A DNA stretch of 63,680 bases, the filler included, from Reticulomyxa filosa (lineage: Eukaryota; Protista; Foraminifera), in assembly GCA_000512085.1 (NCBI GenBank). It is 27 parts of 27 records of this genome, joined end to end, with 100 filler letters (N's around TTAATTAATTAA, not from the genome) between each part and the next. Parts side by side here need not be neighbours in the genome. Positions count along the whole stretch, not along the records: positions 10,758 to 17,033 come from ASPP01009667.1; positions 17,134 to 18,374 come from ASPP01010527.1; positions 18,475 to 24,576 come from ASPP01020003.1; positions 24,677 to 25,935 come from ASPP01010169.1; positions 26,036 to 29,090 come from ASPP01037658.1; 22 more parts are not named here. One strand, 5' to 3'. The position numbers were made by a program, and so were the translations under genes. Positions 11,687 through 26,219 of the stretch are shown one piece after another (positions within the stretch are counted from its first letter, which is position 1; each line of letters begins with the position of its first letter). Under the pieces are notes generated by a model. It was not told the origin of the DNA and made no database searches. It was given only the letters and a program-made list of their open reading frames with translations.

Positions 11687-13695
11687 ATGCAACAAAATCA
11701 TTTGTCAAATACACCGTCGCGATCTAATAGCAACAGTAACAGTGCCAAAGCTTCGAAACGGAGCTGCTCTTGTTCACCAGTCAGCGACGTATCTTCAACC
11801 TCTTACCTATCTGTTAATGAGCCTCGCCTCGTCCCTGCAGAGAATATTGCACATACGTTCATTGCATCTTGCACCTCGCCTAATATTTTTTCGCAGCACA
11901 GTACAATAGTTTCAACCAATCTAATTGTGAATGCTTCCACCAACGACAATACCAAACCAGTGTATAAAAAGTCGTTATTGCATCATTCCCAGTTCAGAGA
12001 GCGTAGCAATTCGATAAATGCCAAACAAAAAAAATCGTCAACGTGTTCAAAAACCAGCCCAAAAAAACAGAAACAAAGTCCGAAGCGAAAGCAAAGACAT
12101 GCCGAAAAACGGACTCATAGCATTAGTCCAGCCAAGCGCCCAAAAGGCCAAAATCCTAGTCATTATTTCAACAGCAAAAAAAAATGTAAAAAAAGAAGAC
12201 ACAGCTACACAGAAGAGTCCCACCCGAAACACTTTGACCACACAAAACACAAGGATTTTCACGAACATATGAAGCACCACACCAAGTATTTGGCACCATT
12301 TCCACACACTATCCGTCGGTTGCTAACAACATTTTTGTGGAGGCCATTCCCGCAGTCAAAAACATTCGAAATGTCCAAACGGACAATATTGTAAGTGACC
12401 CAATGAGGCACAATGGCAACGATCTTGTCAATCTGGCTGCACCTCCTCCGTTCAATCCACAATATTCAACTCCGCAGCGAGAAAGTAAAGATAATGCTTT
12501 GCAAAGACTTGAGGTAGCTGCGTTTAGGGAGTGTCAAGACGACAACACCTACGGCAGCGTTCGACTCTCTCTTTTACATTTACCACAGTTTTCTCCCAAG
12601 TTTTGTGTTCTTCAGCGATCGATGGATCTGCTGTTGCACAAAGAGTTGAGCGAGATTGCCTTTCATCGCTTTTCTGTGAAAAACAAACTGGAGGTAATCC
12701 ACGAGCTGGACAGAGCACGTGTCGAGTTGTTGTTACTTAAGACAAACATCCCAGTTTTGTCACAAATAATTGTCCATTTGGAAGAACAACACAAGCAATT
12801 GCAAGCTCAAGATGAAAAGTTGATCGAAGCGTTAAAAAAGAGACAAAATATGGACGGTCAAATTTCCAACGACAAACTCGCTGAAAAATGTCCACTCAAA
12901 AGTAATACTGCAAACGACTCGAAAAAAGGAGATGTCCCTTGTGAAAATCTAAATGATTGCGACGGTGGTGCTGTTCCAAGCCCTGTCAGGCGTGACAATT
13001 TGTTACAATCAAGTTAATTAAGAGAGAGAGAGAGTGCTTCTTTTACCATGTGCAAGGTTGCTGTGGCAGTATACGTTTATACGTATACTGCATCCACTTT
13101 ATACAAAATAAATAAACACAAACAAAACAAAATAAAAAATTTGCTTTTGTTAATAGCTGATATTAATAAGTACTTTGACAAGTTACATTCTCTTACGCAG
13201 AATCAAGGATCGGAAAATTTGCATGCTGTACTGACAGAAATACAGAGACGTGATGCAAAAAACCGTGAACAAAAGCTGTTGCATCAGAGACAACTAGAAG
13301 AACGTCTTCAACATAAATCCTTCATCAAGGAAACGATCGTTGAATTAGAAAATGATTGCGAAAGATGGGATCGTGTAATATCACAAACAAACAACTTGTG
13401 TCAAGAGCTTGCAAAATGCAAGCGACAAGTATGGCACGAAATGGAGAACTATGCCAAAAATTATGGCAGCCGTTTGTCCGGCCGCCAATTACAGTATTTT
13501 GAACAATTGGAACATAGTATGAGTGTTAGAACTCCTGAACCGTCGTCGCGCCCCCCCAGACGAACCAAAATCCAGCCCTTGTCACACAAACAAGGACAGT
13601 GGAAATTTGAACAATCAAGAAAACATTGCACAAGCTATAAATACGTGCACTGTAAACGAGCACACGTATGTCAATTACAAAGATACATTTTTTGA
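11687..13695 (+). CDS. Hypothetical protein with a Ser/Lys-rich N-terminus and coiled-coil C-terminus; spliced or frameshifted
   Basis: Consecutive long same-strand ORFs 11633-12394, 12337-13017 and 13048-13695; no recognisable domain. Confidence 0.45.
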
Positions 13696-15018
13696 ATACT
13701 TAATCTTTTCAAAAAAATTTTATAATTTTTTTTTGTAAACTAAAAATGTCAAAAATATTTGTTTTATTTTGTTGGTTGATTAACCAAATAGTAATATTCA
13801 AGAGGAAGAAGACAAGTCATTGTCAGACAAATCAAGCAAAGAAAAAAAGATCAAGAAAGGATTATTCGCAAAATTTTTGGCGTTTTCACCAATTACTACA
13901 TCCAAAAGCAGACTCAAAAGCAAAAACAAGAAATTCGAACAAAAATATCAGCAAGGTTTTGATCCTACAATTTAAATCCCTGATTTTTAATCTCGAACAC
14001 TTTTCAATTTTATTAATTTTCGTAAACCAAATGGAGTATTTTGCTGAACTTCTCTTTTGGTTTGCGCCTTGTCAAATTAAGGAGTGATCTGCATGAAAAA
14101 TTAATTTGTTTGAGAAATTGTCCAATACTTCAATCAATTGGAAATGGCCATGGGGGTCTAAACTGACTATTTTTGTTTAGCAAAAGATATATTTCCAAAT
14201 TTACAGTACTTTTTTAAATTTAAATAAAATTAAAATACTTAAGGAAAAGCCAAACTATTGACATAACTTTTGTTCAATTATTTTATTTTAGAGCATAAAA
14301 CTTGCTAAAATGAAAAATAGTTGCGAAAATATGTAGGACTCCAAAAAAAGTAATTTTTAATTATTGAAAATATGCAAGTTATTTAAAATAAATTATTTTT
14401 TAATCTAATTTTAAACTAAATTTTTCTTAAAAAATTTCCAAAAAAAAAAGAAACCACTTAAACAAAAAGTACTCAAAAGCTATCATTTGCATGTAATTTT
14501 GCTGAATTATTCACTACCTCTTTTGACTTCGGCTTAAACCACTTCGAGATTGGTAAAACATGCTTTTCCAACGCAAAACACGCACTTGGAATTTTTTAGA
14601 AAATAAAAGACCAAACTGCTTCAAAAACATTGCTGACCAAAAAATGTTTACAATATCATGACTTCACTTGTATTTTTTTTCTCTTGGTGCAAATAACGAG
14701 AAGCTCTTGCAGGCATACGCATAATTATTATTTGATAATTCTTACATAAATTTTTTTTCATTTATTTCAAATTAACTAAAAAAAATTCTTTTAAAAAACT
14801 TCAATTATCACATTTTGCGGTTTATGATGAAAAATAAATCAATACAAAATTTATTTTTAAAATCAAAGAGCATAGAGTTGTTTATTTCTCCTTTTGACAT
14901 AACAATACTTCTTTTCATGAATTCTGTTTCTGGATCATATGGTATACATTGTCAATTTGTCTTAAGTCCTTTTTCAAAGGAACATTTAAAAAAATTTTAC
15001 TTGCTTAATTTTTTGATA

Positions 15019-17000
15019 ATGTCCGATGAAGAACTTCAGAGAGGAGAGCGAAAACCAAAAGAAAAAAATAAGAGATCAAGAGAAGCCAGCATACAAGATC
15101 AAGATGAATCAGGACGTCGTAAATTTGAGTATATCCGAAAAGAAGACCGCAAAACAGTAAGAAAAGAGGCAGAAAGAGAAAAGGACGGCACAAATGAGCC
15201 TCCAAATAAGAAAAGAAAGACAATAAGTTCAACATTTTTTTTTTTAAAAAAGGAAGAGGATAAAAAGAGGCATCCAACATGAAAAAAAATGAAAAGGTAC
15301 TGAGGATCAATTGGAACTGGAACGATTGAAAGATCAAAATGAAAAAGAAGAATATGAATCTCGTCTGCGCAAAAAAAAGTTGGAAGAAAAAATGGCCACA
15401 TTAAAAAAAGAAAACAAATGGACAGAAGACCAGGCAGAAGAGGTGAAGCGTCAAACAATGTTGTATAAAAGTAACGAGTTGCGAGAGGAAGCAGACAAAA
15501 ACATAATGTTTGGAGAGGCCAGAAGGATATCTCGACAAAAGTATTTGAAAGAGCGTGTGCTGAAGCAAACACAATTGAAAGAGCGCGAGTTGCAAGACAA
15601 CCGAACGATGTTTTCCAAAGGAGAGTTGACTGAGGAAGAAAAGAAGGGGATGGAATTGGATGAAATCATTTATAGCAATGCCAAGAAGTCGATTGAGATC
15701 AGAGAAGACGACACAAAGGGTGGCTTTTACATTGCCGGCGAGAGTGTTGACTGGAATGAGACCCCTCGAATTGACAAAGAAAAACATGCTGAAATTCTGC
15801 AGAAAAGATACGAAAATGACGGAATTGATCGAACGGATCAGGTGAGACAAATTTGGTGAGTCAATTATTTATTTATGCACTTTTTTTTTTAAAGGGTTTT
15901 CGCATTAAAATTTTTTTTTGCAATTTTCAATTACAAACTCTCCCCCTTTTTTTTTTTTTGTTTTTTATATAAAAAAAAAAAAAAGCAATTTTGGGAAGAA
16001 CAAAGACTTGAACAAGCATACCAAAAGAATGACGGATGGGAAGAAAAAGCGGAAAAAGAAAAAGAAACATATGAGCCATTGCTCCAGGACCAAATCGTGT
16101 TTATCATGGACGCAATGGAAAAAGGCAAAGATTTGGAAAGCGAATTGAAAGAAGCTTTGGAGTCTTCGGAAAAAACATCGTTGAAACAGAAGGAACAGAC
16201 CATTGCCGAACAAAGAAAAAATTTGCCTATATTCAAAGACAAGGAGAAGATCATCGATGCTTTGAAACAATTTCAAACTCTTATTGTCGTTGCTGAAACT
16301 GGTTCGTTTGTTTATTTATTTATGTAAGCGTATATGTGTATGTGTATGTGTGTACATGTTCCATCATCTTAACCTTTCCTATTATTAGCCTTATGTATTT
16401 ATTTCGAGTTCTTTAAAGATGTTTGAAAATAATTTGTCATTTATATTTGTAACTGCTGCCACAGGGTCAGGGAAAACGACACAAATTCCCCAGTACGTAT
16501 ACGAACACAAAGACCTGTTTTTACCGCGCAATCAAAAAATGGCGATAACTCAGCCGCGAAGAGTGGCCGCGATGAGTGTAGCAACGCGTGTGAGTGAGGA
16601 AATGGGATGTCGGTTGGGATCATTGGTCGGATACAATGTGAGATTTGAAGATCGCACGTCCGAAGAAACAGTGTTGACTTATTTGACCGATGGTATGCTG
16701 TTGCAACAATTGTTAACGGAACCAGACTTGCGTTCATATAGTGTAATAATGATCGACGAAGCACACGAAAGAACATTACACACCGACATTCTCTTTGGCT
16801 TGGTGAAGGACATAAGCCGCTTTCGTGACGATATCAAACTAATCGTCTCTTCTGCTACGCTGCAAGCCTATAAATTCAGTGAGTTTTTTGACGGAGCTCC
16901 AATTTATAGTGTCAGAGGTAGAACACATCCCGTCGACACATATTACTTGAAATTGCCCGAATCCGATTACTTGGAGGCTGCGGTTATGTCAGTGCTTCAG
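15019..17000 (+). CDS. DHX16: Pre-mRNA splicing DEAH-box helicase DHX16/Prp2, 3'-partial, multi-exon
   Basis: RKNLPI, ETG|[10 protein letters not shown] (split by an intron), [36 protein letters not shown]; N-terminal [10 protein letters not shown] typical of DHX16. Confidence 0.88.
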
Positions 17001-17133
17001 GTAAAGACAATTCATTCCTAAAAAAAAAAAAAANNNNNNNNNNNNNNNNNNNNNNNNNNNNNNNNNNNNNNNNNNNNTTAATTAATTAANNNNNNNNNNN
17101 NNNNNNNNNNNNNNNNNNNNNNNNNNNNNNNNN

Positions 17134-17476
17134 AAAAAAAAAATCTTTTTTTGTAAAGTTATATAAAAAAAAAAAAAGAAAATTAAACACGTATACATAT
17201 TTATAAAAAAAAAAAAAAACTTGGTGTTGATGCTGTTTCTCGTTGACAGTATTGGAGAAAGGTTCTTGCACGGGATGCGAGGTTGGTGAGTTGTGGGCAG
17301 AAGGTACAATGCCGGTCAACAATTCTGAGGCGTGTTGAATATTGTGTTGACTCGATTTGAGACGATGCCGTCTCTTTTCACTGCGCGACAATTTGCGTAA
17401 TTGTTCTTCGGATTGCTGTTCCTTTGCTTCTGGATTGCGAACAAGATAATCGCGATCTTCATCCTCATCTTCGGTC

Positions 17477-17520
<44 letters not shown>

Positions 17521-18374
17521 CTTTGGCTCGTTTGCATGCACTTGCGAAGAAAGCGGAAATTTGGCGTCCATATCGTACTTTGCACTGTAATCGCGGTTAT
17601 GATGAGTTCCCCGACGTAGTCGAGATTGCTGTTCAGTAATGATTTGTTTCAATAGCTCCTCTTCTTTTTCCAACTGCAATAACAGTGAGTCTTTTCGGTT
17701 TCGTTCGATTGTCGTCTTATTCGGGAGTTCCTTTCCGACTTCATTCCCATTGCCGTTCACTTTGACTTGCTGTACTGCCTCGTTACCTTTCGTCTCCGGC
17801 TTGTCCTCGAGTGCGATCATTTGCGCTATATTCCAGTCATTCTTTGTTTCCAATCCATCGACATTGCCCTTTTTTATTTTTATTTTATTCAAGTGATCCA
17901 CACATACGCATACTTTGGACGTTGAAACAGGGTATTGCAAGACTCATTAATTTCTTAAAAAAAAAAAAAAAAAAAAAAAGACAAACAGATATATCAAACA
18001 TGATATTTGCTGACAAATTCATCGACTTTTCCACTCAAAATCTTGTCCAAGTCTTTGAAAAACTCGTCCTGCTTTTCGTCGCGTTTGTTCCATTTGGAGC
18101 CATCACTGGAATGACCGTCGATGTCGCTCGTGCTTGTGCTGGACGTATCACTATCACTGCCCTTCTTCTTCTTATTCTTCTTCTTCTTCTGTTTCTTCTT
18201 CTTTCTATCCTCCTTTTCTTTTTCCTTCTTCTTTCTCTTTTTCTGTTTCTTCTTCTCCTTGTCGTCTTCCTTACTCTTTTCATTGCCTTTATTGTTACTT
18301 TCGTCCTTAGGTTTTGCATCCATGTGTATGACGGACGTAGATGCAGATGCAGACGCAGATGCAGATGTAGATGT
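17134..18374 (-). CDS. Hypothetical charged low-complexity protein fragment, spliced
   Basis: ORFs 17994-18323 and 17086-17940 on the same strand, separated by a poly-T intron-like stretch; (GCA)n poly-Ala tract. Confidence 0.4.
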
Positions 18375-18474
18375 NNNNNNNNNNNNNNNNNNNNNNNNNN
18401 NNNNNNNNNNNNNNNNNNTTAATTAATTAANNNNNNNNNNNNNNNNNNNNNNNNNNNNNNNNNNNNNNNNNNNN

Positions 18475-18506
<32 letters not shown>

Positions 18507-20173
18507 AAATACAAACTGAAATCGGCGGAGTGGTGCAAAAGGAACAAAATTTTTTCATTGCAAAAGAATAAGTATATTTGCATTGAATACAAAATGGCTC
18601 AGTCAAATCACGGATAGAACGAATATCAATGGCAACTCGATATCGATGATTTTCTTTATCGGTCATATCCAATGTCAATTCCCGTTTTGTAGAGGGAAGA
18701 GTTATATCTGTATCTTTTGCTGCATGTGTTTCATTGCCATTATCATTATTATTGTCATTATTATTGTCATTATTATTGTCATTATTATTGTCATTATTAT
18801 TATCATTATCATTATAATATTCCTCATCTTCATAATTGACAATAGGACTTGACCATCCGAGTTTCGATTTGGATTTGCGTCCCATGTCATTATTTTGATC
18901 CTTTTGATTTTCAAACTGATTGTCATTGATAGCGCATTGTGGAGTGAGTTTCCATTGGACATTGACTTGCAATTGGGCCACGCACACTTGTTGATGATTC
19001 CACAATTGAATCGCGAAGCATTGCAAAGAATTGATATCACAATGCATTCCATTATTACCGCAATAATGTAACAGTTCATTGATGGAATACGCATTTGACG
19101 CAATTGTTTCCCATACTTTGTTTTTCGTTTTCGTTTTTGTATTCGTATTTTGTTCATTTCGATCATTTTCAGCTGCTTTTTCTTTGTCGCTACTGCTGCA
19201 CGCTTGCAATGAGAATGTAATGTTATCACTGGTTCCTTCAAATTGCACACACTCACTCAATGGCAAGCTGCACACATACTCGTGAGGAGGACTCATCACA
19301 TGCAAACGAAGTGGTTGGATATCCACATATCTCTCCTCTCCTTGAATACTACAAATCCATTGCTCCAATATTCCCACACGTTGTCGCATTTCACTCTTCT
19401 CATCTTCATTTCCTGTTCCACTCCACAGTCTCTTTGCACTCTTTTTCTTAGTCTTCATCGAGTTTGGAGCTTGTTTCAATGTTTATTATAATATTTCAAC
19501 AACACACACAAATATACACACTTTTAAATTCCAATGGAAATCATACAACAAAACAAAAATTTGGAGTCCACGACTTTTGCAAGATACACCAATAGCATAT
19601 ATTGATCTGCGGATGCACTCCATGCTTGGCTTGTTTGGCATTGCGCAGCTTCATAAATGTAGACGATACATTTGGCAGTCTTTTACCATTTGATAATGCA
19701 TTTCGCAAATCCAAAACGATGTATCCAGCGAGTTGGATGTGCTTATGTTTAGTCATTAGTTGAAATTTTTTCAAATCGATTGGAATTTCTGTCAATTCAT
19801 TGCTTGGTGAAAAGAAATTAGGAATTATGTAAAATTCCAGTTTTATGTTTGAACCTTGCCGTTTTAGATCTTGTAATGTTTTCCCATCAAATTGCCATTC
19901 TAATGCTTCATTCCATGTCGGACATTTCTTGTTCTCTTCAATTCTACCACTGCTCTCCTCTTCCGACAAAGTTGACATCTTCACCACAGACGTCTGGTTT
20001 ACACAATTGTTGAAACTGCAACGGAAAAATCCTCCGGCGTGTTCTTCTTGTCCATAACTAAGTCCAAAGTGTTGACTGTCTTCTATCTGAACAGTTTGTT
20101 TTACACCATTTCTTTTATGAGCGAAATTTTTTTTTTCTTGCTCTAAAAAAGTACCTGCACTCGCAATGTCCAT
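18475..20173 (-). CDS. CEP120: CEP120-like centriolar C2-domain protein, 3'-partial, spliced
   Basis: PTWNEALEWQFDGKTLQDLKRQGSNIKLEFY...GYIVLDLR matches the CEP120 C2A pattern; YRVAIDIRSIRDL...CKYTYSF...TTPPISV matches C2C. Confidence 0.72.
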
Positions 20174-21296
20174 GACAAGGACATTGTTTTTTCCTTAACC
20201 GGCTTTGTTTCTTTCCCTTTTTTTTTCCAGTGGCTCCAGCCTTTTTTTTGCAACTGTAAGAACGAAAACGTGAGAAGTGAACATCTATCTTTATGAATTG
20301 CTCTCACAAAGAGAAGATAAAAAATAAAGGTAATATGAAATAGAATAAATAATCACTTTTGAAACAATTTGTAATGTTTTCAGATCACTAATTTTGAAAG
20401 TGCAACAAAATTTTTTGGAAGTAGAAAACAATACAAAATATTGACAATCTTCATTTCACTGTTATAGACACGTATTAAAATTAAAATGAGAATGACAGTA
20501 GTTCTTAATTCGAAAGCGGCACGAATCAATAGATAATCTTTTCCGCAGACAACAATATTACAAATTAGAACTGTTCAAAAAAAGCAAAAGTTCGTGACTA
20601 AGGATCGTAACAAGATTTTTTTTGTTAAAAAGAAACTTGTTTGTTTGCGATAGTGCGGGTGTTTAAAAATATAATGGTAATTTCTTTTTTGTAAAACTGT
20701 TTGAAAGGAGAAAAAGGGCGTATCGTATTCGGAGAGATAAATCAGCGAACCCACTGTGAAAACGTAAAGTACAGTGTGTTTCTAGTTGTATACGCCAGAA
20801 CAAAATTCACTGAGGTGTTTTGTGCATTGTTGTTTTGACAGCTTCTTTTCAATGGGTTCACAAAACAAACAAATGCACACATAAATTGTTTGACGAAAAA
20901 TCAATTTTTTTGTAACAGAATACAATTTTTTTTTTGTGTCCACAGAATTATCAACAAATTTGAATTGATAAAGATCGCCCGCAAAGTGATATACATTTTT
21001 TAATTTTTTACATGGCTCAACTGGGTTGTTCTCGTTAAAAAGCTGTTATTGAATTACTAAAAAGAAAAAATAGTGTTATAATACACCTTTTAATTAAAAG
21101 AAAAAATATTTAATTATAATCTAATGATTTTTAAAAAACTATAATTTTAAAGAAAAAAGTATTTTATATCATTGATTTTTGAAGCATTTAAACTTTGTGA
21201 AAGAAAATGTAAATTAAGAAGTTTTTTTAAAAAAAGTTTGAAGACAAAAGGGACTGTTAAAAAATCTCTTTTGGTGTAGTATAATTTTGGAGGAAA

Positions 21297-23077
21297 ATGT
21301 TGAGTGGAAATTTTATGTGGTTGACACTATTGTGTGTCTTCACGTTTGCTGCCGCTTTCACAAAAGAAGAGCTTGCATCAAAGCTTCGAAAGAGAAGCAC
21401 GGGAGAAGACAAAATCGTTGGAGGAACAGTAACATCAACTGATGAGTATGAATGGATGGTTTCATTCTGTGGTAATTCAAAGAATTATGAAGTAGAATTG
21501 TTTTGTGGTGGTACTCTCCTTCGTAACGTCAACCCCCCTGTTATACTGGTAAGAAAAACATGTGTTGCGTTGGAAATGAGAAGAAAACATGTCTAATTTA
21601 ATATAAATGAACTGCCGTTTGCTTGTAGACTGCAGCACACTGTATTGATGGAATAAAAGAGACATTTGAAGAACAATCAGGAGAAGTTTAGTCCCCTTTT
21701 TTAAATGTATATATGCGGAGAAGGGTTTGAAAACGACGTACACGTAGTCAACTACAAAAAATAAAAAAGACATTTACGTTATACGCGATGCTTAGCAGAA
21801 ACAACGTTAGCAACCCTAAGGAAAAGGGGTATATTAAAGTTCCTTGGGTGTCAACAAAAATCCACAAATACTACAACAAATCGAGCCATGCCAACGATGT
21901 CGGTGTTGTATTGACAGGCTACAACAAAAAAGTGCCAAATCAAGATGCAATTGATCTTTACATAAGTTAAAATGACAACAAAATAAATCAAATGAAAAAC
22001 GTTTTGATTAAATATATCGCGTGTGATGTCGACAGACAATTCGAGATGCTGCAATAGTTCGGACACTTTACGAGTACTGGGATATGGCTCGCTAAAGTCA
22101 GGAGAAAAGAAAATAACAGGACAGTTGGAGTATGCGGACTTGACATTCGTGCCAGCAGGTTGTTTATTTTTGTTTTTCGACTTTTGGAATTGAAAAAAAA
22201 AAGATACTCTCTTTCTGTGTGACACATGTTTCGATTTTTGCGACATTGAACTAAACAAAATGCATCACAGACATATGCAACAAGTGGTTCTATTTGTGGG
22301 GCACCCTAAACCAAAGTGGAATAAACCCACTTACTTATGACTTTTCAAGCCAAGATTGGAGTACAGTTCATGTCAGTCCAGGCTTCGATGTGATAAAGCC
22401 TGGGATGATTTGTGCAATTGCTCCTGGAAAAGATTCATGCCAAGGTAATCTTATTAAGCTAAATAAATATTACCTATGTCAAATTTGTACTTTTGCTTTG
22501 TTGTTATTGTTTTTCTCATTTTGCAAAGTAAAAAAATTCATAAAACGAAAGGTGACAGTGGAGGACCATTATTGAAGGGAACACTACCGAGCAATCCACA
22601 AGTTGGAATTGTGAGCTGGGGTGTAGGGTATGTTTTTTTTGTGGCTTATTTGTGTCGTTTTATGTGAATCCAGACCTCTGTACACTTGCTATTATTTGAT
22701 GGCTTGTTACAGATGTGCGTATAACATTCCAGGCGTTTATTCCTCTGTTGGATATTATTCAGGTATAGAAGATTAAATCAAAACACATAGTTAAAAATTA
22801 AGAAAATCAATGATTGATTTTTGTTTTTGCTGCGTGTAAATTTGTAGACTGGATACGAGCGGCTGGTTCCTGTTTGTTGGAAGATTATGGTGATACCACT
22901 TTCCATGAATACTGCAATGAATTGTCATGTGCAGAGGCTGAAAAAAATAGATCAGACTGTTTCCCATATTATTGGAACTTTGACCAGTCTCCAATGCCTT
23001 ACAGTGCAGCATCAATCCAAACGTCGACTTGGTTTGTCCTTTGTATCATCCTCAACTTAATCGCTTTTATACGATAG
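21297..23077 (+). CDS. Trypsin-like serine protease (S1A) with signal peptide and hydrophobic C-terminal (GPI-type) tail, multi-exon
   Basis: Signal peptide, K|IVGG activation site, FCGGTL, TAAHC, NDVGV, GKDSCQ|GDSGGP, GIVSWG and PGVYS across exons. Confidence 0.9.
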
Positions 23078-23786
23078 AAATTGAACAAATGCATTTCTTG
23101 TAAAAAAAAGGCTTATTGTGATACTCTTGAGGAATATTTTTGTTTCTTCAATTTTTTCCCTTGAGTGTAAGCGAACAATGCAGGAGGAATTATTGAATTT
23201 CATGGTTAAAACAAAACGTCAATCATATTCATTTTTTCTTTTGCATTTTGAGCCTCTTTAACGTGCACTCTATTTACTTGTGCGTATGAAAAACTTATGC
23301 TACACTTTTTTGATTTTAATAATTGGTTGGCATTGCATTTTTTTCATTTTTGCTTTACTTAAGAAGCTTTTCTCGTTTAGATTTCAATTAGCTCTAATGA
23401 GTTCATACTATTGTTAAATTTTCTCAAAAATAGAGTTCTCTTCCAAACAATTAACATTTAAGTTTGTTATGTGGACGGATTGGATGTAGAGATATTGTCA
23501 AATAATATTACAAATTATATGTATCATACTTTTGAATCAGTACAATTCTTTGAGTTATTTTTTGCTTTTTATATTTCCTTCTAATTGACAAAAAATAAAA
23601 TGAAAAAGTTTTGAGTTAATAGTCAAAAACATAAATCTAGTAAACATTTTTGTGAGATTGAAAATGAAAAATCAAAATATAAATGTAAAATTTGTGTGTA
23701 AGTGTGCTAGCTTTACTGAAGAACTTTTGAAAAAGTAAAGGATTTTTTTGTTGAAATTATACTGCAATCTTAGCAATTACAAATCA

Positions 23787-24191
23787 ATGGCTATAAATCT
23801 TGGGCAGAAGAGAACAGCGGAAGAGGCCTTTGAAGAAAGTGCCTGCTCTGTTTTGGACCCTCCAGCAAAGCGAAGAAAACTAGCAGAAGAAGAAAGTAAA
23901 GAATTAAAACCAGCAGAAACAGCAGAAACAATATCGCCCGTTCGGGTGCATAAGCCAGATCCATGGAAAGAGCGCTTTTGCCATAATGTGAACAATAAAT
24001 GTTCACGTGTCGGTAATGAATATCAAGCACACATACCAAAGGTAATAATTTCAATAGCAGAAGAACTGGACAAAATCGGAGGTGTTCGTGTAGAAGTGGA
24101 TGATATTGAAAAATATATTTGCGTCACATCTTCTCCATTGTATCAACATCTGGAATCAATTCAACACTCTCATACGTTGAGATTTGTGTAA
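23787..24191 (+). CDS. ELM2-motif nuclear protein, probably continuing into an acidic exon at 24284-24576
   Basis: RVGNEYQAHIP resembles the ELM2 start IRVG..YQA.IP; PPAKRRK NLS. Confidence 0.55.
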   Translation: MAINLGQKRTAEEAFEESACSVLDPPAKRRKLAEEESKELKPAETAETISPVRVHKPDPWKERFCHNVNNKCSRVGNEYQAHIPKVIISIAEELDKIGGVRVEVDDIEKYICVTSSPLYQHLESIQHSHTLRFV

Positions 24192-26219
24192 AGACAAAAC
24201 ATGAGCCAACACAATACGTCTGAAATACATACAAAAATAAAATAAATAAACAAATGTTTACATTGACGGAATAAAAGAATAGTTTGGGAAATGAGGGTAT
24301 CGTCACAATTGATAATGGCAATGTCGCAACCAATCAAAATCATCTTCATCGTTACGACAACTGTGGCCCTCGAAATATAACACAGCCGACAATGGCTAGT
24401 ATTGAGGTGAATAATGATAATCAAGACAATAACATAATTACGAATGAAAATGAAAATGAAGATGATGAAGATGAAGACAATGAAAATGGATATGAGCACA
24501 AAGAAGATGTGATCGAGAGCGAAGACGACAATGGAAATGAGAAGAAAAATGAAGGTAAAGACAATAGCAATGACAANNNNNNNNNNNNNNNNNNNNNNNN
24601 NNNNNNNNNNNNNNNNNNNNTTAATTAATTAANNNNNNNNNNNNNNNNNNNNNNNNNNNNNNNNNNNNNNNNNNNNTTTTTTTTTTTTCTTTTTTATCTT
24701 TTTTTCTCATTTTTTCTACTTTTTAAATATTTTTTATCATTTTTTTCCTCATTTTTCTCATTTTTTTCTCATTTTTTTCTCATTTTTTTCTCATTTTTAT
24801 CTAATTTTTCTCTAATTTTTCTATCATTTTTCTCATTGTTATCTTTTTTTCTTTAAATTTTTCAACATTTTTTCATCATTTTTATATTTTTCTTCATTTT
24901 TCTAAAAAAAATAATTTTTAAACCCCCTTTCCCCCCTTTTCACAATCTTTTCACCCCCTTTTCCATTTCTTTTTCCCAAATTTATTTTCACCCATTTTCA
25001 AATTATTTTATTTTCCCTTCATTTTTTTCACTTATTTTTTCCCAATTTTCTTTTTACCCTTTTTCCCTCCAAATATTCAATATCCCCTAATTTCATAGAA
25101 ATAAAAAAAAAAATAAAAAATTAAAATATAAAAAACTTTACAATCTTTTTCTTCGATCTTTGAACACTATAAGCACATGCAAAAATTTTAATAGTTTTTT
25201 CATTTTTAACAAAAATAAACAAAAACATACTTTTGACGTAGAGCTTAAAGCTCTAATTCCAATCACCTATTTTTTTTTTATTTTGCTACGGGGAGGGGGT
25301 AAAAATTTATTGTTGATGGGGGCATGCCTATTCACAAACATACAAACATTTAATAAAAAAAATAAAAAATAAAAAAAAAAATCTAAACTCTTTCATTTGT
25401 TTTGCAACGTGGGGTGGCTTCAACCCCGAAATTGTTCTTTGTGGGAAATTTGGATGGGGACGTATACACTTATTTTTTTTTTTGAACAGACGGGTTGCGG
25501 CTGTTAAAAAAAAAAAGACTTGAATTATGTCAAAAAAAAAAACAACGTATAAATGTAGCACAAACCATTAGTACTCCTTGCGGAGACGGGGGGCCTTACC
25601 CCATATTCAATTATTATTTTTCTCTTGGAGAAGGATGTAAAGCATCCAAACAAAAAAAACATCTTTTAAAAATTTTTTTCAGAGTTTGCGAACTGTTCAA
25701 ACAAAACAAAACAAAATCACTTTTTAAGTTGAAAAATAATTGAAAAAAGAAAAGAGACATACTAGTATTGCGAAGATTGCGAAGACCACACTAATTACGA
25801 ACCGGTGCGAGAAGGACAACCAAAGAAAAAAAAAAAGACCTTTTTCTTGAATAAGACGTAGATACACAACTCATAAATGTTGATAAAAAAGATGTAAATT
25901 TGCAATTTTTGGTAATATTTTGACATTTTTGACAANNNNNNNNNNNNNNNNNNNNNNNNNNNNNNNNNNNNNNNNNNNNTTAATTAATTAANNNNNNNNN
26001 NNNNNNNNNNNNNNNNNNNNNNNNNNNNNNNNNNNTAATGTATTAAGATAACTTAAATTTATGCTTTCACTATTTGTACAGGCAAAACAAGGACTTCCAA
26101 GAAGTTTACGCAAGGTACAAGAAGGGATCAACAAGATTTAAGTTGAAAATGACTTTTTTTTGCTTTTTGTTTTTATTTGAAATAAAAATTTAGTTCTCTA
26201 ATCGTAAAGAAGCAAGCAT

